A DNA stretch of 10,695 nucleotides. Origin: Octopus sinensis. Its lineage: Eukaryota. The notes beneath the pieces were generated by a model. It was not told where the DNA came from and made no database searches. It was given only the letters and a program-made list of their open reading frames with translations. This document shows positions 1-8,985 of this stretch, piece after piece (within the stretch, counting starts at the first letter, position 1; each line of letters starts with the position of its first letter). A program made the position numbers and the translations under genes. Where the stretch lies: positions 1-10,695 of the forward strand of contig NW_021827342.1 of assembly GCF_006345805.1 (NCBI RefSeq), read 5' to 3'.

Positions 1-23
1 ATATATGCATGTAGGTATATGTG

Positions 24-27
24 TCTG

Positions 28-60
<33 letters not shown>

Positions 61-130
61 CTCTATATCTATCTATCTATCTATCTATCTATCTGTCTCT
101 GTCTGTCTGTCTGTCTATCTATCTGTCTAA
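24..130. repeat. (TATC)n/(TGTC)n compound tetranucleotide microsatellite
   Basis: Directly visible TATC run grading into TGTC units. Confidence 0.9.
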
Positions 131-248
131 TGTATGAGTGTGTATGTATAGATAGATATAGGTATAGGTATATATAGAGCATATATATATCAGTAGATAG
201 ATATACATATACATATCTGTGTATGTGCGTGTGTAGATGTCTTATATA

Positions 249-293
<45 letters not shown>

Positions 294-910
294 AATCCCT
301 TATAAGTCTTTGTGTCAGATGAATATGTGTGTATATGTGCGTGTGTGTGTATGTATGTATGTATGTAAGTATGTGTTTATGTATACATATACACACATCT
401 AAAGCATTATATGCTTGTATACATCAATACAGTGTAGAAATCTGCCAACATAGATGAAACGAACAAGAAAGTTGGACAGGAATACGGGGGTGAGGGCGGG
501 GAAGTAAAAGAGAGAGAGAGAGAGAAAGAGATAGAGAAGGAGATTTGCAATGTTGTTGTTGTTGTTATTGCTGTTGTTGTTGTTGGTGGTGGTGGTGGTT
601 GTGATGTCAGAGCGAGAAAGAGAGCAAAAGAGAGAAGACTAAATGAAAAAAAAAAAAGAAACCTATTTAAAAGAGGGGAAAATAGGGGGCGGGAGGGAAA
701 TGTTTCGTGGAAGATGAAAAAAGGAGAAGAGAGACTAAGATATTGAAAATATAGTAGACAAAATGGACTGTGTACTACTACTACTACTACTACTACTACA
801 GCTGCTGCTGTTAATGCTACTGGTAATGACTGATATTAAGGATTATTTCTTATATATTGGCCACAAGGGCATAGGCAGAGAGTAAAAGAATAGAAGCAGC
901 AGCGGCTACA

Positions 911-1055
911 GTAGTAGTAGTAGAGGTGGTGGTGGTTGTGGTGGTAGTAGTAGTAGTATAGGTGGTGGTGGTTGTGGTGGTAGTAGTAGTAGTAGTAAGA
1001 GTAGTAGTAGTAGTAGTATAGTAGTAGTAGTAGTTGTAGTAGTTGTAGTAGTAGT
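911..1055. repeat. (TAG)n/(GGT)n compound microsatellite with a 36-bp internal duplication
   Basis: GGTGGTGGTGGTTGTGGTGGTAGTAGTAGTAGTA starts at both 925 and 961 (period 36), followed by TAG runs. Confidence 0.9.
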
Positions 1056-1128
1056 ATATATATAAAGCAGAGTTTTGAAATGAAATGGCGAAATGGAAAC
1101 TGGTAAACGAGAAAAAAAGAAAGGGAAA

Positions 1129-1168
1129 GAAGAAGAAGAAGAAGAAGAAGAAGAAGAAGAAGAAGAAG

Positions 1169-1197
<29 letters not shown>
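1129..1197 (+). repeat. Pure (GAA)23 trinucleotide repeat
   Basis: 23 uninterrupted GAA units counted; this explains the poly-L and poly-F ORFs on the minus strand. Confidence 0.95.
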
Positions 1198-1201
<4 letters not shown>

Positions 1202-1523
1202 TAAAGTGAAATTAGAGATGCTGGATGAGAAGGATGAGGAGGACGGGTAAATAAAGATATCAAACTTATTCAAAATGAATGTCAGGAAAATATAAAAAAT
1301 AGACCCAAAAACTAAAAAATGTCGTCTATAAACAACGCATTGTAGTTGGGGAGGGGTGTGATAGTGATGATGATGATGATGTTGGTGGTTGTGGTGGTCC
1401 TGATGATGGTGGTAGTGATGGTGATGATGTGGTGGTGGTATTGGTGGGGGAGGGTGGCTTACGAGGCTGGTTATGATGACAGCGGCAGTGGCGGTGGTGC
1501 TAATGGTGGCGGTGGCCTTGCAG

Positions 1524-1596
1524 AAACGTTGCTAATGCGAGGTGTGATCATCGAGGACTGCGTTGCGAATTCAACAATGAAGCAGAACGGGATGAA
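1524..1596 (+). CDS. Candidate coding exon A (TLLMRGVIIEDCVANSTMKQNGM-K), product unknown
   Basis: Non-repetitive island among GGT/GAT repeats. CAG at 1521-1523 has a weak pyrimidine tract; donor AA|GTAAAA at 1597. The phase-2 end matches the phase-2 start of exon B, giving MKYVTAA. A second open frame (NVANARCDHRG...) cannot be excluded. Confidence 0.3.
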
Positions 1597-2104
1597 GTAA
1601 AAAGACAGACAATGGTGGGAGGTTAAAGAAGACAGAGGAGGAGATGGGTGGCGGTGTGAGGAGGTGGCGGTGGGAGGGGTGGTAAGAGAGTTAAAAGGAA
1701 TGGCGGCAAAAGGGGGGTGGGTGACGGCCCAGTGTTGGAGGGATTTTCTCCGTTTCTTTCTGTGTTTCTTCTTCACTTCTTCGTCTTGCTTCCACCCCAC
1801 CCCATTTCATACGCATTTATTTCAGATTTCTTCTTTACGATGAAGACTTAAGCATTTATGATCTCACTGCGCTCCCTCTATCCCCGCCGCCTCTGTTTGC
1901 GGTGTGTGTATGTTTTGTATATGCACACACACACACACACACATACACACATATATATATAAGTACATTCGTATATGCATACACCTATATTTGTTATACA
2001 TGCATGGCATGTACAGATTGATTGAAAGCAATTTATATATTTGTAAACTACTTTATGAACGAAGATATCAAACATGATTCTTCAAGTATCTAAGTATTGA
2101 GCCC

Positions 2105-2131
2105 TATATATATATATATATATATAGATAG

Positions 2132-2163
<32 letters not shown>

Positions 2164-2303
2164 GAGATAGATATATATATATATATATATAGTATATATA
2201 TATATATATATATAGATATATATAGATAGTAATATAGATAGGTACAGATAGAGGTACATGATGGCAGACAACAGATAGATAGATACTCCATACATACATA
2301 TAT

Positions 2304-2335
<32 letters not shown>

Positions 2336-2492
2336 TATATGCATACACTTATGTATGTATGTATATATATATATATATAATATATATATATATATATACT
2401 CACATACAACATACATATTGACATGAGTATATACATATATATACATACATATATATATTACATTAGAGATTTGTATATTTGATTATGTACAG

Positions 2493-2547
<55 letters not shown>
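2105..2547. repeat. (TA)n/(GATA)n/(CA)n compound microsatellite field
   Basis: Long TA runs interrupted by GA and CA variants; source of the YIYI ORFs. Confidence 0.9.
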
Positions 2548-2551
<4 letters not shown>

Positions 2552-3368
2552 ATAGTACGATTGTATATGTATGTATAGGTGTGTGTATGTGTGTGTATGT
2601 CAGAAGAAGGAAGGACGGGAAAAGGCAGGAAGGAGAGTGGAAAAAAAAGGAAGAGAGTGAAAGAGAGAAAGAGAGAGAGTGAGGTGGGGTGGAAAGAAGT
2701 TTCTTGCAAGAGACCACCTGAGAGCGTCTTTGTTAACATGTTATACGTCAATTATGCAAAATAACAATTGACTACAACGACAACAACAACAACAGTCACA
2801 GCAGTAACAGCAGCAGTAGTAGCCGCAGCAGCAGCAGCAGCAAAGGCAGCAGGCTCTCCTCACCTTCCACTTACTAGTGAGGCGTTAAAACTTCGAGTAT
2901 GACTTTACAAAATGGTTGCTTTCTATTGTTAGACATCTTGTTAACATTGTTGTTGTTATTGTGACCTCTGCACCTTTTTCTTTTCCTTTTTTCTTCTTCT
3001 TCTTTCTTCTTACAACACTTCAGCTTTAGTCCTCCCCCCACCCCCGGCCTCCCCATCCCAACCACATCTACCAGTCTCTCCCCCTCTTCATACATTTTAT
3101 TTCTGACTTTTAATCTCTTTCTCTCTTATTCACGTCTCCTTCACGCCTCTTTTTCGAAATCTTTCTCCGTGTTTTCTTTTTTCTTTTTTTATCCTTTTTA
3201 CTAAAGTCTTCTTTCAACTCCTTTACATCCCACACCACCACCACCACTACCACCACCACTACCACAACCCGCATCTTCTGCGTTTATTCAATGTTTTTTT
3301 CTTCTTCTTTTCTAGTTTACATGTTTTCTTCACGCCTCCTTTCTCCTTTTTCTACACTTTCCCTATAT

Positions 3369-3481
3369 GAGAAGTAAGTCTGCTTCCCAATGACAAGGTT
3401 TCGTGTTCAGTCCCGGACCATGGCACCTTGGGACATTATCTTCTGCATCATCGGAACGATTAAAGCCTTGTGAATGGATTT
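3369..3481 (+). mobile_element. tRNA-derived CORE-like SINE, 5' part (octopus OR/OK-type; family not verified)
   Basis: B-box-like GTTCAGTCCC at 3405-3414, CORE-like TGGCACCTTGGG at 3421-3432, and AAAGCCTTGTGAATGGATTT at 3462-3481. These match an abundant octopus SINE as recalled from memory. Confidence 0.75.
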
Positions 3482-3522
3482 ATGCATACATTCATACAAA
3501 CATAATACATACTTTGACAGGC

Positions 3523-3612
<90 letters not shown>

Positions 3613-3620
3613 TTAGATAT

Positions 3621-3671
<51 letters not shown>

Positions 3672-3714
3672 TAGAAGATAATAGATAGATAGATAAATAA
3701 TAGATAGATAGATG

Positions 3715-3770
<56 letters not shown>

Positions 3771-3780
3771 TGATAGATAT
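3523..3780. repeat. Expanded (GATA)n microsatellite inside the SINE
   Basis: Pure GATA run at 3524-3612 followed by degenerate GATA units. Confidence 0.95.
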
Positions 3781-3845
3781 CAGTTTGTATGAATCTATAT
3801 CTATGTCTACATATGTATATAAGTGCGTGGGTGGGGATGGGTATG

Positions 3846-3933
3846 TGTCTGTAGTGGTGTTTGTCTCCACCACCACCACCACCACATGACAGCCGGTCTT
3901 GCTTTGCTTACGTTCTCCACCCCCATTACTTAG
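3846..3933 (+). mobile_element. 3' remnant of the same SINE, ending at ACTTAG
   Basis: GTGTTTGTC-(CCA)n-TGACAGCCGGTCTTGCTTTGCTTACGT...CCCCATTACTTAG resembles the post-microsatellite segment of the octopus SINE as recalled (GTGTTTGTCCCC..TGACAACCGGTGTTGGTGTGTTTACGTCCCCGTAACTTAG). The consensus was not checked. Confidence 0.55.
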
Positions 3934-4070
3934 GTATGTCACGGCGGCCACGCTGCTATATGATCTGGTTGATCGAGAATTCGTAACACTTGAAGACATA
4001 GTAGAAGGCATGGGCCGAAGAAGCACGAAGAGAGGCCCCAAAAGTCTCCTAGGGGCTTTAAAATGCCATA
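3934..4070 (+). CDS. Candidate 137-nt exon B (YVTAATLLYDLVDREFVTLEDIVEGMGRRSTKRGPKSLLGALKCH), product unknown
   Basis: Pyrimidine tract plus TAG at 3931-3933 and donor ATA|GTATGT at 4071. Only one + frame is open, and it is rich in G-starting codons with an amphipathic pattern. Phase 2 in, phase 1 out. Confidence 0.5.
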
Positions 4071-4120
4071 GTATGTCAGATTTCTCACACTTGTTATTTC
4101 TGGGGAGGGGGGTCATAACT

Positions 4121-4271
4121 TACTGTATTTTAACGTGTATAAGGAACCCTTTCTTTTTTTTTTCTTTTTTTGTCAAAAATCAGGTTAAAGAAATATGGGA
4201 GTTTCTAATACATGGATAGTATTTGAAGCCCCAAGAATTAGGGCTTTCCTAATACACGTTAAAATACGGTA
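4121..4271. mobile_element. MITE, pogo/Tc1-mariner-like, with TA target-site duplication
   Basis: 24-bp TIRs at 4123-4146 (CTGTATTTTAACGTGTATAAGGAA) and 4246-4269 match at 22/24. TA lies at 4121-4122 and 4270-4271. There is an internal partial TIR copy (CTAATACATG, ~4205-4214). CCGTATTTT termini are typical of pogo-like non-autonomous elements. Confidence 0.85.
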
Positions 4272-4775
4272 GATTAAGATGAGAAAATTAACCATAGAAG
4301 AATTCACAACTGAGCAAAAAACTAAAATGGTGTAATTATAATTTAGATTTAACCAATCCATCATTCGCACCCAAAGAGAAGTGAATGGCCTGTTTACGAG
4401 TCCGAAAGTGCTATCAGTCTATTCGAACTGCTAATAACATTGCAATGTTGAACGAAATCAAGTAGCATTAATTCGCGAATGCTCTGACCAGTTGAGAATA
4501 TCTGTGCCCATACAAAATGCAATTGCTACGTAAGTTACAACGGACAGGACATCAAAAGCGCTTAAATTACTCGGTCCAGGTTCAGAGGTTGATTGCTAAA
4601 GAAAACTGATTGGTTCATAAGCTGATTATGGGTGGCGAAGCTCATTTTGTAAAGCTCGTCTAGCGTGCCCGGCTAGCAGACCACATACTAATTTATTACG
4701 GAGTATAATGGAGAGTTATGTGCAGCTGGTATCCAGGAGATTCAATCGATGAAGTTATTTCATGAGGTGTATATA

Positions 4776-4965
4776 AACCATAAAATATGTCGACGTATGA
4801 GAGGTGAATATATTTATTTAACCACTTCCCATCCATAGAATTACAGCTGTTTCGCACTAAAATTATTATTACGTAATATAACGCTACGAAACGGCTGTAA
4901 TCATAAGGATAACAAGGGGTTAAATAGATATATTCACCTCTCATACTACCTTACGTTTTATGGTT
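4776..4965. mobile_element. Fold-back / palindromic MITE-like element, possibly piggyBac-type (TTAA)
   Basis: Ungapped inverted arms 4776-4854 and 4887-4965 (about 63/79; the core 4795-4854 vs 4887-4946 is 51/60). Symmetric TTAA at 4818-4821 and 4920-4923. Central palindrome TATTACGTAATA at 4867-4878. Confidence 0.8.
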
Positions 4966-5149
4966 AAGTATATGTGAGTGTGTGTATGTGTGTGTGTGTG
5001 TGTGCTTACGTATACATACAGATAAATCTACACGTATATATATGTGTATGTGTGCGCGTATATATGCATGTGTATACATATACCTGTACTTATATACGTA
5101 CATGTAAACACACACACATATTTATATATTTACATCTATAAACACACAC

Positions 5150-5182
<33 letters not shown>

Positions 5183-5187
<5 letters not shown>

Positions 5188-5372
5188 AGATTGTAGCCAC
5201 TACACGCATTTTTTCTCTCTGTTTCTCCTTGTTTTTTTCTGTGTCCCTTTCTGTAGAAGAGCGTAGGCTCGAAACGTAAAAGACTTCTCTATTCTGAGCG
5301 TTATACTAATACATCTGTTTGTTGTACACAAGCTGTCTTCGTCTCTTTTGTTTTTTTCGTAAACTCTCCCCT
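5183..5372 (+). mobile_element. Penelope-like element terminal-repeat fragment
   Basis: Contains the PLE-typical CTGNNGAAG..stem..CGAAACGT signature and is bounded by (TA)n on both sides. Confidence 0.6.
5243..5284 (+). ncRNA. Minimal type I hammerhead ribozyme-like motif (core variant CUGUAGA)
   Basis: CTGTAGA at 5251-5257, A, stem II GAGC-GTAG-GCTC at 5259-5270, GAAA at 5271-5274, palindromic ACGT at 5274-5277, predicted GUA cleavage triplet ending at 5278. Stem I is GTC(CC)TTT 5243-5250 paired with AAAGAC 5279-5284. Confidence 0.6.
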
Positions 5373-5424
5373 AAATATATATATTTATGATATATATATA
5401 TATATATATTATATATAATATATA

Positions 5425-5463
<39 letters not shown>

Positions 5464-5808
5464 CATACATACATACATACATACAACATACATACATACA
5501 TACCATCATACATACATACCTACATCAGATTGTGTGTATGTACAGATGTATATATGTGTGCGAGTGTATTTGTGATGAGAAGTATTTAATATGTTACGTG
5601 TGAAAGTGTCTATCATGTCAGAATGGTTTCTACATCTGTCAGAACCACGGCTAGACATATATGGGATAGCTTCGACATTTTACCACCATTTTATACGTCT
5701 GACACGCGACAACATACAGCCATACTTACATACATACATAAGGAAAACACACACACATGCATGCGTATATCGCTACGTATGTGTTTCGTATATGTACTAT
5801 GTATGTGT

Positions 5809-5839
<31 letters not shown>

Positions 5840-6101
5840 GACGTATGTAAATAGTCTAGATTTGGTTTGTATTATGTAAAAAAAAAAAGTGGCAAATACA
5901 TGTTTAGCATATTTTGGAAAAAAAATCACATCTATTTTATACTTTTGACACGTGTGATAAGCGTATATAATTACATTCGCATACATACACGTAATGTACA
6001 CGCATACAGCGTGTATACACGACACACAAAATACACCATATACAAAAGTGTTAATATGTAAACGTATACACTCACAAATATATACATGTATGTATGCATA
6101 A

Positions 6102-6151
<50 letters not shown>

Positions 6152-6604
6152 TGTGTTGTGTGTGTGTGTGTGTGTGTGTGTGTGCTCTTATAGGAGTGAA
6201 TGGTTCAGTTTTATCTTCCGAATTAGAATCAAACATAACATACACACACATCAATACATACGTTGTATGTATGCATGTGTGTGTATGTATATACGTGTGT
6301 GTGTTTGAAATGACATTGGTATAGTGAGTAGGTGGTTGGGTAGAAAGGGTAATAAATTAGGGGAAAATGGCGTACCAACTGTATGCGTGGAGGGGTGATG
6401 TCGATGGGGGTGTGTGGCTATGGAGAAGGGTAAGATGAAAGCGGTTACAAAAGAGCATAAGCCACACAGCGTGTATCTTTGTATGTGTATGTGAGTGTGA
6501 TACACACATCGCACACACACACACACACATACATATACACACACATACACACATACGGACACATACACGCGTACGCACGCACACACACACACACACACAA
6601 AATT

Positions 6605-6880
6605 GCTATTTCGTCGATTATGACACCGAGTGTTGCGAAATTTGTTTGCAGGTGGTTGAGTACTCCTCAGTCATACGTGTTCCCTTAACATAGTTCTCAG
6701 GGAGATTCACTGTGACACCGAATGTGACATAGCTGGCCCTTTGACTTACAAGTCCAGCTCACTTTTGCCAGCTGAGCGGACTGAGCCAAAGTGAAATGAA
6801 GTGTCCCGCTCAAGGACACAGCACGCAGCCGAGCATCAATGACACAACACGCGACCTTACGATCATGGGCTGTATACCCT
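6605..6880 (-). mobile_element. tRNA/CORE-like SINE, 5'-truncated, with an internal deletion
   Basis: The reverse complement aligns with the adjacent + copy: GTGTCCTTGAGCGGGACACTTCATTTCAC..CAGCTGGCAAAAGTG and GAGAACTATGTTAAGGG..GGAGTACTCAACCACCTGCA. Confidence 0.8.
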
Positions 6881-7144
6881 CAGGTCATGCGTTCGATTAC
6901 CGGCGACCCGTTGTGTCTTTGAGCAAGACACTTTATTCCACGTTGCCCTAGTCCATTCAGCTGGCTAAAGTGTAAGAGTACCTGTATTTCAAGGGTCCGT
7001 TCATTTTGAAACTCCGTTGAGAACTACGTTGAGGGCTACGTGTGTCTGTGGAGTGCTCAGCCACTTGCACGTTAATCTCATGAGCAAGCTGTTCCGCTGA
7101 TCGCATCAACTGAAATCCGTGTCCTCATAACCGATGGAATGCCA
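6881..7144 (+). mobile_element. tRNA/CORE-like SINE of the same family, 5'-truncated
   Basis: B-box GTTCGATTACC at 6891-6901, CORE-like GTGTCTTTGAGCAAGACACTTTATT, and a body homologous to the minus copy; followed by (CA)n. Confidence 0.8.
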
Positions 7145-7637
7145 GTTTACACACATACACACACACACACAGAGGAGAGACAAGAGAGAAGGAACGAGAG
7201 AGAGAGAGAGAGGGGTAGGAAAAGGAAGACTGAGCGAGAGGACGTCGGAATTTGTCGGTGGGGCGGGGGTTTAAACAAAAATATAGCAAATTATTGTTGT
7301 AAGGAGAATTTTAATGAGTAACCGCACATGTTCGGTTTGTTTCTAGAACTGATCACCAGGTGGCGGACTATAAGGACTGTGTGATGCGTTGGTGAAGGAT
7401 TATGTTGCGATGTTTCATGTTCGTTGTTCTTTGCTGTTTATTACCAGTCCATTCCTTAATCCATGAAATATAGGATCAACGACTTTCCATCCATGACATT
7501 CCTGTCTTATCTCACGTCTACTATATCTATGTTATTCAATGTACCTTTCCGCTTTTTTGCATACTGTCACGCGATTCAAAGAGGCTCGGCTGTATATTTG
7601 TGAGATCGAGTGACCAGGAGGAGGTGGTGGTAGTAGC

Positions 7638-7646
7638 TGCAGCAGT

Positions 7647-7724
<78 letters not shown>

Positions 7725-7740
7725 TGTTGTTGTTGTTGTT
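7638..7740. repeat. (GCA)n-(GTA)n-(GTT)n compound trinucleotide repeat
   Basis: Directly visible in-register triplet switches. Confidence 0.95.
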
Positions 7741-7826
7741 GCTGTCATTGTTATTCTGTTATGTATAAACGGTGCATCTTACTCTATGATGTGCTAAACT
7801 TCAAAACATTGTGGGTTCAGATGGTG

Positions 7827-7858
<32 letters not shown>

Positions 7859-8466
7859 GGTGGTTGTGGTTGTGGTGGAGCTTATGGTGGTGGTTACGAC
7901 TGCGGTGATGGTGTGACATCAATTTAAAATGCTACTCAACATGATGGCCACCTCCCTCCCCTGTCCCATGCCAACACAAGTTTTGTCTCACAAGTATACT
8001 GTGTCTTCGCACTGCCTTCTCTACCGCTACTACGACGTCCTCTGCTCTTCACAACTGGCTGTTCTCTTGCCACACTTCCACTTAGTCTTAAACGCACATG
8101 CATGCACGCACATGCATGCACGCACCTACACAACCACACATACACACACTCCTACAACTACACATGACCATACACACACACACACACACACACCACCACA
8201 CACACGCATATAAACAAACGATTTCCCAAAAATTAATTGTTTTTTTTCTCCGAGCTCAACTTTTGTCTTACCGCCACTTTTCTCCTCTTACCATTTCCCT
8301 CCCTTCTCCTCCCACCCCCGCCATTTTGTTCATCCTCCCACCATTGATTAACTTCCTCCTACTATTTCATCCCTCCTTCCACTGTTGATTCCTTCCTTCT
8401 ACCATTTCCCATCGTCCCTCCTCTACCAATTCCCCTCTTTCCTCCCACCATTTTCTCCCTTCGGTT

Positions 8467-8532
8467 TATATATATATATATATATTATATATATATATAT
8501 ATATAATATATATATATTATATATATACTATA

Positions 8533-8572
<40 letters not shown>

Positions 8573-8661
8573 ATATATATATAATATATAATATATATAT
8601 ATTATACATATATATATATATAATTACATATATATATATATATACATATATCTATATATAC

Positions 8662-8750
<89 letters not shown>

Positions 8751-8851
8751 CATATAATATATATATATATATATAATATATATACATATATATATACACA
8801 CACACACATATATATTACATATACACATATATATATATATGTGTATATATA

Positions 8852-8884
<33 letters not shown>

Positions 8885-8933
8885 TATACATATATATATC
8901 TATATATTATATATATATGTATATATGTATATA

Positions 8934-8983
<50 letters not shown>

Positions 8984-8985
8984 GC
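8467..8985. repeat. ~500-bp (TA)n field with 18-bp higher-order periodicity
   Basis: Interrupting C residues at 8661, 8679, 8697, 8715, 8733 and 8751 (period 18). Confidence 0.9.

Noticed and set aside
3934-4078. GTATGTCA 8-bp direct repeat as a hAT target-site duplication
   Set aside because: The enclosed 129 bp has no terminal inverted repeats; the repeat is better explained as two donor-like motifs.
3912-4099. Minus-strand exon (CAG at 4100-4102, GTAAGC donor; ...WHFKAPRRLLGPLFVLLRP...)
   Set aside because: Splice-like signals exist, but the peptide is Ser-rich antisense-type sequence and codon pattern favours the + frame. It is not fully excluded without stranded RNA-seq.
4492-4529. 38-nt exon ending at the perfect GTAAGT (4530)
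   Set aside because: The acceptor tract is weak and its phases do not fit between exons B and C.
3405-6901. tRNA genes at the B-box hits (3405, 6891)
   Set aside because: There is no cloverleaf or A-box, and both continue into CORE-like SINE bodies.
7468-7510. Possible small SINE relic (ATAGGATCAACGACTTTCCATCCATGACATTCCTGTCTT)
   Set aside because: It is only a vague recalled similarity over ~40 bp and cannot be supported without a library search.
7545-7589. 45-nt minus-strand exon PSLFESRDSMQKSGK (CAG...AAG|GTACAT)
   Set aside because: The acceptor lacks a pyrimidine tract, the segment is short, and no other convincing minus-strand exons support it.
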